A stretch of DNA of 64,000 nt from assembly GCA_015523325.1 (NCBI GenBank), contig WAKO01000015.1, positions 9,812 to 73,811 of the forward strand, written 5' to 3'. Shown one piece after another: positions 29,230 to 39,500 of the stretch. Source of the DNA: Candidatus Micrarchaeota archaeon (GTDB lineage: Archaea; Micrarchaeota; Micrarchaeia; Anstonellales; J096). The position numbers and the translations under genes were made by a program. Position 1 is the first letter of the stretch, and every line of letters starts with the position of its first letter. The notes below the pieces were generated by a model that was not told where the DNA came from, searched no databases, and saw only the letters and a program-made list of their open reading frames with translations.

Positions 29230-30201
29230 ATGAGCAAAGGATTTTATATAAGCCTCACTATAGGTGTTTTGCTTATCTTGCTAATAATTTTTCATATTGG
29301 AATTGAGAAAGTAGTAGATTCCTTTAAAGGAATTGACTTTTTTCTTTTATTTCTTTCAACTTTATTTTTACTTGCGATGCACTTTGTAATGGCTGTTAGA
29401 GTAAAATATCTCGGAAAAATTTTGGGGGTTGAGATAAGCTTAAAGGAAAGCTTTAACGCACATATGTTAGGGATGTTTTTGAGTGAAATAACTCCTGGGA
29501 GGAGTGGTTATTTTGGAGCAAGCGCCTATTTGAGGAAAAAAGGTATTGAGTCCTCAAAAGCATTAGCAATGCTAATGAGTGCTCAACCATTTGACTTTTT
29601 TTCAAAGGTTATGGGAGCTCTAGTTGGTTTTATGTTGTTTTTAGAGGTTGGGATTGAGCTAATAGTTGTGTTAACAATAGCTTCTTTGGGTTTAATATTT
29701 ATAGTTTTCTCAAGAAGATTTGTGAAAGCCATAGAAAGGGTACTTTCAAGAACATTGTTTACATTTCCAATTTTTGGAGAGCTTTTGAAAAAAGCATTTA
29801 ACTATTTAAAAGCAATGAACCACACCTCAAAAAAGCTCATCCCTAAACTTCCTGTAATACTTTGCTTTATTGTTGTTAGCTACACCCTAAGAGTTTTGAA
29901 TTGGTATTTTCTATTCCTAGCCCTAGGAGGAAATTATTTAGGATTTGTTTATGACTTCTTTTTATTCTATGTTCTTCAACCTCTGATAAATATAGTAGAA
30001 TTTATTCCTCTCCCAACTCCTGCAGGAAGTGGTTTGAGTGAAATAGCTTCTGTAATCGTTTTAACCAAGTTTGGGTTTGAGGAGGGAAAGGCTTTAGCAT
30101 TTGGAATTTTGGCAAGGGTGCAAAGTTTAATTCTAAGCTCTATAGGAATAGTTTCTCTAAATGAGGCAGGAGTTTATATAAAGAAAAGGTTTTTTAACTA
30201 A
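29230..30201 (+). CDS. Flippase-like/UPF0104 (LPG synthase TM) membrane protein
   Basis: Multi-TM, ITPGRSG and PTPAGSGLSE motifs. Confidence 0.8.
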   Translation: MSKGFYISLTIGVLLILLIIFHIGIEKVVDSFKGIDFFLLFLSTLFLLAMHFVMAVRVKYLGKILGVEISLKESFNAHMLGMFLSEITPGRSGYFGASAYLRKKGIESSKALAMLMSAQPFDFFSKVMGALVGFMLFLEVGIELIVVLTIASLGLIFIVFSRRFVKAIERVLSRTLFTFPIFGELLKKAFNYLKAMNHTSKKLIPKLPVILCFIVVSYTLRVLNWYFLFLALGGNYLGFVYDFFLFYVLQPLINIVEFIPLPTPAGSGLSEIASVIVLTKFGFEEGKALAFGILARVQSLILSSIGIVSLNEAGVYIKKRFFN

Positions 30202-30208
30202 AATACTA

Positions 30209-30685
30209 ATGGATAAGATGGGGAAAAGAATGGAAGAGAAAACAGAGAAAAAAAGCGAAAAAAGTGATGAGTTCATTAAATACTTGGAAAGGAGGTTTGG
30301 AATAACTCTTCCTGAAAATTTAAGAATAAGGAAAGGAGGAAAGTTTAGGATTTATAATAAGGAGCTAGAGGAGTTGGAAGAGGAGTGTGGAATTAAAGGG
30401 GTTGAAAGGTTTGGAGTTAATGCTGGAAGTGAATTAAAGCCAAGTAGTGATTTCTTACAATTATTTGGATTTATGTGCACTAGAAATATAGTTTTTTTAG
30501 AAAAAGAAGAGCTCTCTTCATTTTTGGAGGGAAAAAAACTAGAGCTTAAAGAGGAACAAATATTTGGAGAGGATGGATATGTTGTTGTGTTTTTTAAAGG
30601 AAAGGTAATTGGTTGTGGGCTGCTTAGAGGAAAAACTCTAGAGAGCGTTATTCCAAAATATAAAAGAGGAAAAATAATAATTTAA
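30209..30685 (+). CDS. Nip7/RsmF C-terminal PUA-like RNA-binding protein
   Basis: YLERRFGI, KPSSDFLQLFG, GYVVV...IGCG...IPK. Confidence 0.65.
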   Translation: MDKMGKRMEEKTEKKSEKSDEFIKYLERRFGITLPENLRIRKGGKFRIYNKELEELEEECGIKGVERFGVNAGSELKPSSDFLQLFGFMCTRNIVFLEKEELSSFLEGKKLELKEEQIFGEDGYVVVFFKGKVIGCGLLRGKTLESVIPKYKRGKIII

Positions 30686-30713
30686 GAAAATATTTGGAAA
30701 AAAATGCAATTCA

Positions 30714-31775
30714 TTAAGACCTTCTTTTTACTATAACTTCTTCATCAACCGTAATGAGTTTAACTCTCCTTCTATCAAAATAAATAGGAACACTTAAAAT
30801 TAGCTTTTTTGTTGAAAGGTTAAGCTCAAATTTATAAAGACTAAAGTTTTTATCAACTAAAGAAAAATCCAAAGTATAAGATCCTTTTTTTATTGAGTTT
30901 AAAAGCTCTTCATACTCCTCATTTGAGAGAACAAATCTAGCCTCTCTAAAAACTTTTCCTGTTGTACTTCTTGGGTCAAAATCTACATTAAAGATTACTT
31001 TTGAGTGTCCTAAGGAGGGAGGGATTAATTCAATAACTACTCTTGTAGGGTTTGCAAGTAAGTGAAAGTTGGAGTTTAGCTTTTCAGAATCTATGTAAAT
31101 TGCTTTATCCAAATACTCTTTTATTGAAGATAGCTCATTTTTTGCATTCTCATCAACAATCCCTAAAATCTCTTCATTATCTAAGACATTTTCTCTCAAA
31201 AATCTTATTGTGGTTAAATAGGAAAGCTTTTTTGTTAAATCAAGAACATCTTTAGTTAAAAAGTAAGGAACCTCAACTTTTACCTCAGGAACTAAAGGAT
31301 TTGTAAAATGAATAGTTGCATAGATTCCATAAACTTCTAGCTCTTTTTTTAGCTTATTCTCATAATCTTTCATGAGCTTCTCTAAATAAGAAGGATTATT
31401 AATTTGGAGAGATTGAAAAGTTAGGAAAGGTAACCAACTAACTACAACTGCCTTTGAAGAGCCTTGAAGAATAGAGAGATATTTTATAGGGAATCTTCTC
31501 TCAAAAAAAGGATAGTTGTTTTTTGATAAGAATAAAGCATATTCTTCAAAAGCTTTTTTTGCTGGAACATAGTGCTCTTTTCTATAAAAATTGTAGTTTA
31601 TTTTGCTCATAGAAGGAGTAGAGTTTAAAGGAGCTTGTGAATAAGAAGGGGAGAAGGCTAAAGATGATGCTAGTAATGCTGGGGCTAGTTTGAAAGCTAA
31701 AAATTTTTTGAACCTCTTTTTAGCTTTTGAAACCTCTCTTTTTCCAAAATCCATATATTTAAACTTTTTCCACAT
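30714..31775 (-). CDS. Hypothetical protein with long basic N-region and signal-like segment
   Basis: KKRFKKFLAFKLAPALLASSLAFSP; no family recognised. Confidence 0.55.
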   Translation of the reverse strand: MWKKFKYMDFGKREVSKAKKRFKKFLAFKLAPALLASSLAFSPSYSQAPLNSTPSMSKINYNFYRKEHYVPAKKAFEEYALFLSKNNYPFFERRFPIKYLSILQGSSKAVVVSWLPFLTFQSLQINNPSYLEKLMKDYENKLKKELEVYGIYATIHFTNPLVPEVKVEVPYFLTKDVLDLTKKLSYLTTIRFLRENVLDNEEILGIVDENAKNELSSIKEYLDKAIYIDSEKLNSNFHLLANPTRVVIELIPPSLGHSKVIFNVDFDPRSTTGKVFREARFVLSNEEYEELLNSIKKGSYTLDFSLVDKNFSLYKFELNLSTKKLILSVPIYFDRRRVKLITVDEEVIVKRRS

Positions 31776-31868
31776 AATAACATTTATTGGGCAAGAAAAA
31801 TTTATAAATGGTTTTACAAATCCTTTTAACTCTTTGGTTAAAAATGAGAACTTATGTTTGTAGGGTCT

Positions 31869-34800
31869 TTAACTTGCTTTATTCTCTTTATTTTCCCCAC
31901 TTATGCTTGAACCATTATTTGAATCATTTGATCTAAGAGAAGCTACACCTATTCCCAAGGAAGAAACAACCCCATACAAGTCTGGCCCAAATAAATAACC
32001 TCTCCTAAATCCTGGTTTTTGAACTTCTTTAGGAGAATAAACAGGAGAAAGAACACTATAGAGAGTTGTTCTTTCTAATGGAGAGGATTCCTTCCTAAAT
32101 ATGTTTATAGCTTCTAAAGTATCTCCAAAATAGAGCATATCCATAGCAAATAATGAGTAGGAAAGCAAATAATTAGAAGGCTTATCATGTTCTAAAACAA
32201 TAGCCTCTCCTCCAAGCACTTCTTTAGGAAGTTCATTTTTATAGAGCATTCTATTGTACTCATAAAAAGAATTAAGCCTTTTATTTTGCTCTCCTTGCTC
32301 TCTTTGTCCCTCTGCTCCCCAATTAAAGTAGCTTCTAACCCCTCTGATAGATGTTTCTAAAGTTGATTCCCTAAATGGTTGGAGAGGGGAAATTGAGGCT
32401 TGTGAAGGATAGGTTTCTATTTTCTCAACTTCTCTATAAAGACCTTTCCCAAATAAAAGTTCTTCAAAACCAAACCTTCCTTCTTCTGTTTTTAAATCAT
32501 ATCTAGAATCTATTATTTTTATTGCTCCTTTTTCTCCAAAGATCTCTCTTTGGGCTTTTTCAAACTCTGTCTTTGGAACAATTTTATTCAATTCCTCAAA
32601 AAACTTGTCTCTATTAAAGGTATTTCCCTCTGTTGAAGCTTGGATCGCTTGAGAGAATCTCTTTCTAGCCTTTAAAGAAAGCTCCTCATCATTTCCATGT
32701 AGAACTCTATTTAATGCAACCAAATAAGTTAAGGATTTCCTTGCAAAATCAGGGTCTCTCATTTGTTCTTCAAACTTAGAGTAATCTATGTTTTTATCCC
32801 TCCTAACTTTCTTGAACTCAGTCTTTGCTACTTCTTTAATAAATCGTGGTTGGTTACCATATAAGAAGGATAGTCCTCTCAAAACTTGGGAAGCCAAATA
32901 ACCTTTAATAGGGCTTCTCTCATCTTCAAGAATAACCTCAACTCTTTCTATAGGAGTTGTTATTTTTTCTCTCCTTAAGAGCAAAGCTGGTTTTTCTGGA
33001 CTTGGAGGAGAAGGAGTAGTTAGGGAAATCTTTAGAGTAGGTTGAGGAATAGGAGTAGATTGTTGTTCTTGGGTTTCTAACGAAGCCCTAAGCTTTGAAA
33101 GAACTTTCAAAGATCTTAAATTAATAAAGGAAGTTGCAGCTTGCTCAAGGTTTGCTTCTTTTATATTATAGAGAATTCCAGCCTGAAGAGAAGAGAGGTT
33201 TTCATCAGCATAATCAACATTAAACTTATCCAAAACATCTCTAGAGAATTCCCATATACTTAGTTGTCCTTTATAAAAGTCGTTTATCCTTCTCTCCATT
33301 CCATTTATTAAATTAAATATTTGCTTTGACTCTTTATTCAGAGAAACTTGAGAAGGTTTTTCCTTATCTTTTTCTTCCTTTTCCTCTTTAGCAGTGCCAG
33401 AAGTCCCAACAGCCTCAACACCCTTATCCTTAGAAGGCTTAGGAGGTTTTACTATAGCTGCTTGTTTTAATGACGTTATTAAAGCTCTTCTTTGATTTTC
33501 ATCCAAATCATAAAATGAAAGTAGGTTATTAATTGTTTCTTCATCTCTAAAAATAGCTCTAAGTTTAGCTTTTGCCTCCTCTCTACTTGATTTTTCAAGG
33601 ATATTTGCTACAACAAAAGCTAAAGAAAAGATTTGGGCTTCATTAACGGAAAGGGGTTTTCCTCTCTTTTGTGCTTCTTTAAAGTACTCATAAACATCAC
33701 CATAGTTTCCTAAGGTGGAATCTAATCCAAAGGATTTTCTCTCGTTTTCAACAATTTCTTTATAGAATTCTCTAGCCTTTTCTCTCCTAACTATAAACTC
33801 TCTAACTTGGTCCAACCTCTCAATGTTTCCAGTTTTTCCTGCAATATGAAGGTGTAAACCAAATAAAGAAATTTGGCTAGCTAAAAACGCCTTTTCTTCT
33901 CCATTACTAGAAAAGAATTTACTTATCATTGTCCTCAAATTATTTTCCTCATCAATAACAAACTCTCCCCCCAGCAAAGTATAGAGCATAGAAGAGAAAA
34001 ATCCATGTAAAGTGTGATAATTGGAATTAACTCCTAGAACATCTCTTATCGCTTGACTTCCTCCAAGGAACGCATAAGCCTCTAAAACTGCAAGGTTATA
34101 GGAAATCTTTTCTAGTTCATTCGGAGATCTTACATTAAGGTTTAAACTACCATTCCATGCATTCATATCCACCAAATTCTTTTCAGCTTTTTTAGATTCA
34201 CTAGCTAAAATACTTAAAGCTGTAGAAGTGGAATAGTGTTCATGCAACATTCTTAGCTCTCCTAAAGAGAAATCATTAGCCTTTACTCCAAAAATTTTGT
34301 TTAAAGAATAAAGAAGGAGGGAATTGAGAACTTTTCCATACAAATTTATTATGTTTGCTAGGGCTTTTGCTTTTGTTGCTATTAGTTTTGAGCTCTCAGC
34401 TATTAATTGTTCCTTTTCTTTTTTGGTTTTAGTTTCACTTCCTTCAAATGCCTCCTCCTTTTTTAGAGCTTCTTTTGGAATTATAGAGTGAATCGCTTTG
34501 GAGAGGATGTTTGAAACTGCTGAGCTCGCAACGGTTAGGAGAGGAACAGATAATTCCATTGCAACTTGGGTTGTGGTTAGAGGGTGGGTTATGGATCTCT
34601 TTGCTGCTTTTGCCGCTTGTTTTACTGTTTTTAGAGAAGGTTTAACAGTAGGTTTTAGCACTCCTTTCTTACTTCCTAACCCATACATTAGCGCTCCTGT
34701 GAGGGTTGTAGCAACCCTAACCGCTGTGGTTTGGAGAACTCTTAATCCAGAAGTAACTAAACTTCTCTTAAGAGGTGAAACCTTGTTCCCTCCTAATAAT

Positions 34801-36518
34801 TTTTTTGTTATTTTTTGGCTTGCTAAAGTAGTTACCTTTTCTGTTCCTTTTTTAGCTAAAGACATTGCTGTTGTGGCGGCTTTTGCTGTTTTTGTATCAA
34901 CATACCTTTTTGCAAGCCCTCCTGAATAATTAACTCTCAAAGCTCTGGCTGTTCCTACTCTACTCATATCAAAGAAGAAGAAGGGATTGTTTCCACTCTC
35001 ATACATTGAAACAAATAATAGGCCAAACAAAAGAACTATGGGAAGGCAAATAGCTATATTGTAGAGTAAATTATCAACCCTCTCTGGAGAGATGGGGGTG
35101 AAAACAGAATAGCGGGAAATACTAATTATGGTTGGGTAATCTACTTGCTCTTCAGTACTGTAAGGGAGAGTGTAATTTATGTAGGCATCTCTTGAAATAC
35201 ATTGAGGTTGTGGGAGAGGTTCAATTATAGCTTCCCCACAAGTAGGGATATCAAAATAGTTTTCATAATTATCTATTCCAAACTCATCAATACATTTTTT
35301 TAAAGCACACGCATTCCCAAGCTTTGAAAAGCAAACAACAGCATTTGTTCTTGTATAGTATTTTTCCTCTATACCATTATCAACTAACAACTTACTCACA
35401 TTTATTGTTGCTCTTCCAAGCTCTTTTGTGTTTACCCTGCAAGCATATTTTTTATCAACAAAGTCTTTGTTAACCTTTTGCTTATATTCAACTATGAAGA
35501 GGAGGGAAGCATTTCTTAAAGGATAAAAACCAGGGTTTTCATAATTAAAAACTAGAGGAGTTGCATTAACAATTATGTTGTTCTTCTCATTTTTTTCAAT
35601 AACAGAAACCCTTCCATAAGAAAGGTCTTTCAGGTCTTGGTATCTAAATTCTCCAAATAAATAAGGGGAGCTAACAGTACAGGTTGGAATTGTTGATGGT
35701 TGATAAGGGTTTATGCATGGTCCTTTTCCAGGAGAGGTTATGCAGTTAAGGGAAAATTGAGAAGATTGTCTTACTCCAGTAGAAGAGTCTTCAATATCAA
35801 TTGCTTGACCGAAATTATATTCATAGGAAAAGTTTGCAATAAAATCTGAAATAATAGCATAGCTTGAAAGTAAAGGAGTAGCAATTTCAGAGTTACAAAC
35901 AAATTCAAAACCCTCCTCCAAATATTCATAACCTGGAGGTTTGCTTATAGGAGAGCTGCTTCCTAAAACATTAAAATAGGAAGAAGTTATTGTGTTTAGG
36001 TCAAAGCCTCCATTATTTTTTTCAAATTCACATCCAACCTTAATTGTATCTCCTGTGTTCATATCAATTAAAGTGAAATTCAAAAATACATCTGTTATAT
36101 CAGAATCTAGGGAAAAAGTATTGTCTACTATACCATTACCATCTTGTTGTAAACCAAGCATCAAAGGGCCAACTCCTCCACCCCCTCCATCGCCTCCTCC
36201 ATTTCCTCCATCGCCTCCATTACCTCCATTACCTCCTCCATTTCCTTGCCCTTGATTAATAACAGCATTTATAGAGTAAACCTTGCCCGTTATTACAAGC
36301 TCATCATTTAAACATGAATTCGGATATTGAAAAGAAACATCACAAATACAACCTGCTATCGCATTAACATCAGGAGCACCAGGATCATTTTGAGGAGAGC
36401 TTATAAATATAGGGGCTTCTATACAATTAGTAGGACAAGTTATAACAATGGAATGTTGGGAGGAAAAAGAGAAAGTTATTAGGAAAAGAAAAATCAAAAA
36501 GGGAAAAGCTCTCATCAA
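31869..36518 (-). CDS. Giant (1549 aa) membrane protein: Cys/Gly-rich ectodomain, TM near residue 495, large charged C-terminal region
   Basis: Signal peptide; TM IAICLPIVLLFGLLFVSMY followed by ESGNNPFFFFD; Cys residues lie only N-terminal to or within the TM. Confidence 0.75.
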   Translation of the reverse strand: MMRAFPFLIFLFLITFSFSSQHSIVITCPTNCIEAPIFISSPQNDPGAPDVNAIAGCICDVSFQYPNSCLNDELVITGKVYSINAVINQGQGNGGGNGGNGGDGGNGGGDGGGGGVGPLMLGLQQDGNGIVDNTFSLDSDITDVFLNFTLIDMNTGDTIKVGCEFEKNNGGFDLNTITSSYFNVLGSSSPISKPPGYEYLEEGFEFVCNSEIATPLLSSYAIISDFIANFSYEYNFGQAIDIEDSSTGVRQSSQFSLNCITSPGKGPCINPYQPSTIPTCTVSSPYLFGEFRYQDLKDLSYGRVSVIEKNEKNNIIVNATPLVFNYENPGFYPLRNASLLFIVEYKQKVNKDFVDKKYACRVNTKELGRATINVSKLLVDNGIEEKYYTRTNAVVCFSKLGNACALKKCIDEFGIDNYENYFDIPTCGEAIIEPLPQPQCISRDAYINYTLPYSTEEQVDYPTIISISRYSVFTPISPERVDNLLYNIAICLPIVLLFGLLFVSMYESGNNPFFFFDMSRVGTARALRVNYSGGLAKRYVDTKTAKAATTAMSLAKKGTEKVTTLASQKITKKLLGGNKVSPLKRSLVTSGLRVLQTTAVRVATTLTGALMYGLGSKKGVLKPTVKPSLKTVKQAAKAAKRSITHPLTTTQVAMELSVPLLTVASSAVSNILSKAIHSIIPKEALKKEEAFEGSETKTKKEKEQLIAESSKLIATKAKALANIINLYGKVLNSLLLYSLNKIFGVKANDFSLGELRMLHEHYSTSTALSILASESKKAEKNLVDMNAWNGSLNLNVRSPNELEKISYNLAVLEAYAFLGGSQAIRDVLGVNSNYHTLHGFFSSMLYTLLGGEFVIDEENNLRTMISKFFSSNGEEKAFLASQISLFGLHLHIAGKTGNIERLDQVREFIVRREKAREFYKEIVENERKSFGLDSTLGNYGDVYEYFKEAQKRGKPLSVNEAQIFSLAFVVANILEKSSREEAKAKLRAIFRDEETINNLLSFYDLDENQRRALITSLKQAAIVKPPKPSKDKGVEAVGTSGTAKEEKEEKDKEKPSQVSLNKESKQIFNLINGMERRINDFYKGQLSIWEFSRDVLDKFNVDYADENLSSLQAGILYNIKEANLEQAATSFINLRSLKVLSKLRASLETQEQQSTPIPQPTLKISLTTPSPPSPEKPALLLRREKITTPIERVEVILEDERSPIKGYLASQVLRGLSFLYGNQPRFIKEVAKTEFKKVRRDKNIDYSKFEEQMRDPDFARKSLTYLVALNRVLHGNDEELSLKARKRFSQAIQASTEGNTFNRDKFFEELNKIVPKTEFEKAQREIFGEKGAIKIIDSRYDLKTEEGRFGFEELLFGKGLYREVEKIETYPSQASISPLQPFRESTLETSIRGVRSYFNWGAEGQREQGEQNKRLNSFYEYNRMLYKNELPKEVLGGEAIVLEHDKPSNYLLSYSLFAMDMLYFGDTLEAINIFRKESSPLERTTLYSVLSPVYSPKEVQKPGFRRGYLFGPDLYGVVSSLGIGVASLRSNDSNNGSSISGENKENKAS
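36175..36250 (-). repeat. Gly-rich low-complexity coding repeat
   Basis: cctcca(t)-type units encoding GNGGGNGGNGGDGGNGGGDGGGGG. Confidence 0.7.
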
Positions 36519-36572
36519 ATCTAATAGGAAAGGATTATTTAAAAATTTTAGAGTTTTAATGGGTTTTTGTTG

Positions 36573-39500
36573 TTATTCAACTGGATAGCAGGTTGCATAC
36601 TTTATTCCTTGAGTAAATATTTCAGAGAGCTCTTGAGGGGATAAAGCTGTTGGATAGCAGTAGTTTTCCTCATTAAACCCTGGTGGAGGAATGTTAAAGG
36701 TTATAGGAGCTACATATTGAGAGGCAATAGCTACTGTTTTTGAGGTTTCATTATCACACAAAGAAAATCCAGTTTGGGAAAGAGAGAGGCCTATGAAATC
36801 TGATAGTTCTTCACTATACTCAGATATTTCAAACTCAGCTATTTCATCCTTCTTTATCTCACACCTTATTTTGCTTACACATTGTTTTTTAGGAATGCAA
36901 TCTGGAGTTTCACAATCATCAGCAACATCATAAGGCTGAGAAGACTTTAAGTTAACAAATCCTCCTAAACTCATAAGGTTCCTGCTAAATTGACAAATTC
37001 CTTCTGGAGAAGGGAGGAGGTAAAACCTCTTTCCAGGAATATTATTTTTGTTTAAAACATCCTCAAATTGAATTCCAATATTTCCATTGCTTATTAATGC
37101 GGATTTTCTATAATTTAAGTAAGAGAAGAAGAGCTCTAATTCACTCTCATTAGCATAAACAATATCATTTATGTAGAAGATTGTAGGAAGCCCAAGAGTA
37201 GAAAGGCTTAGCCTCGATATCTCTACAAGCTTGTCAACTTCACTCCTAGCTCTTAGCTCATCAAGCCCAATAATATTAAATCCTACTCTAAAAATAACTA
37301 CATCATATTTATCCTCTCTTTGGTCTTTAAATGGAGATAACTTGCTTAATCCCCTAGCATTATCCTCAAAGATTTCTTGTAAATCAGAAGTTTCCAAAGA
37401 GGAAAGAGGTTTATCAAAAGCAATTGAAATTCCTACCAAGCAATCTTTACAGCTAGCTTTTACAGCTTTTATTCTAGAGATAGTGTTTTGATTATTTACT
37501 GAATAACCTCTTTCAGAATAAAGGGCTTTATTATCAGAATCAAGGATTAATTTATTAGTTACTATTATTGCTGTTCCAGTATCTGCTTTTGAAAAGAAGG
37601 AGAAACCTCTTTCATTGTAAGGATCTCTTATAGCTAATTGCACATCTTGGAGAAGCTTTAGGAGAGGGAGGGAAAGAGAAAGTTCTTCAACACTAGGCTT
37701 AAAGAAAGGATCATATCCTTTATCAAGGTTTGTGTATTTAACCTCATAAAGGCTAGGATCATCAACAATCAAAACAGGAAGAATTCCTCTCCCCATATAG
37801 CTTATAAGCCTATCTTTAAGATAATAGTTGGAAGGATAGAAGTTTGGAGGGTTAAAAGATTCATTTGAATAAAACGTTACTCTAGGAGCAACCACAAACT
37901 CCTCTGATTTTGGGGCTTTTGTAAATACTCCATAAAAAGAAAAATTGGCTTCATCAGGAAGGTCTTGTAAGTCAAACCTATACCTTCCTTCTTCATAATC
38001 TTCCTCACTTCCTCCACTTACTTTTTCATAATTAATTGAAAACTTCTCTAAAGGAGGATCAGCATCAACTAAAGAAAGGAAATATAAATAAGCTTTAGAA
38101 GGGAGAGTATAGGAATAAAGGAATGTATTTGCTATTGGGTCAAGAAACTCATACTCCCAAAGCCTCTCCACTCTTATATACCTAGTCTCAACAGCTCCAG
38201 CATACCTCTTATCACAACCTATTCCATATGCTAAACATCCTTCCTTTCCCAAATATTTTCTATGAAGTTCCCAATCTACAGGGTTCCATTCCCAATAATC
38301 AATAAATCTAGAAGGAGGCTCCAATTTATCACAATCCTTATCTATCATGCAAGTGTATAGAACATCATACCATAAACTACGCAAACTACTTTCTTCAGGG
38401 TAATTTAAAATTATGGTTTCAATGAAAGGAGGAGTTGGAGAGAGTATTCTTCCAACCTCCTTTATTAACTCAGTCCCATCTATATTCTTTGAGAGGGCAA
38501 TTAGGTTTAGTGTTCCTCTAAAAGAGCTCTTTTCATCAAAAAAGGAAGTGAAATTAATAACATCTGGGATGTATTGGGAGGTTTTTGAAGAAATTTCTAT
38601 TGAGCTCTCTATTTCCTCAAAAGCAAGGTTTAGAGGGGAAGAGCCTTCACAATATCCAAACTCATTAACCCTCAAACCTGTTAGAGTGTCATTAGCAATA
38701 CATTTTCCAAACTTTCCATCAGAGATTTCATCTTTAAACACAAAAGCAGAAACAGCCATATCTCCAAAGCAAGTTCCTTCATACTCATCTCCAACCCAGC
38801 TTCCTAAGCAAAAGTATTTAGGAGGCAACTCAGCGCATAACTCTGGATTTATTGAATAAGGAGAATTACTAAGATTAAGCATTAAAGAATCTCCTTGATA
38901 AAGAGAGTTAGGGTATTTTGTTATATAAGGATTAAAGCAAAACGCATACTCTATTTCTTGGTTTTCATTGCAATTATCATAAACTGGAAAATCATTTTGG
39001 GATGTTCCTGAATAAGAGAGATAGTTTAAGTAGGTTGAATCTGTTTCATAATTTGAAGGAGAGGTTGAGGAAGGCCAAGCCTTTGGAGCTAAAAATAAGT
39101 AGTCCCTCAAATCTGATAGTCTGGCTAGAGATAGATCTTGGCCCTTTGCCCCATAAGATATTACAGGGATCCCACTCTCTATAACAGCACATCTCTTTCC
39201 ATCTTGAAAACCAAGATCTGTTTGCTTTTCAAAACCTATAGGAAGCATAGGAGAAACATCACTTGCTAAATCAAAGAATAAAAGAGAGTAGTTTACATCA
39301 ACCCAAGGGCCAACCTCTCCATAAGAGGCTAGGAAAAGTCTTTCCTTCTCATATTGCTCTACCAATTGCTCAAAGAACTCTGGATTTCCAGTAAAGTAGT
39401 TCATTATATACATTTCTTGAGTGTTCTCTTTTACAAAGGTTTTTGAAGGAGCAGGAATAGCTTCTCTTTCCAAAATAACTCCCCTAAGGAACGGTCCTCT

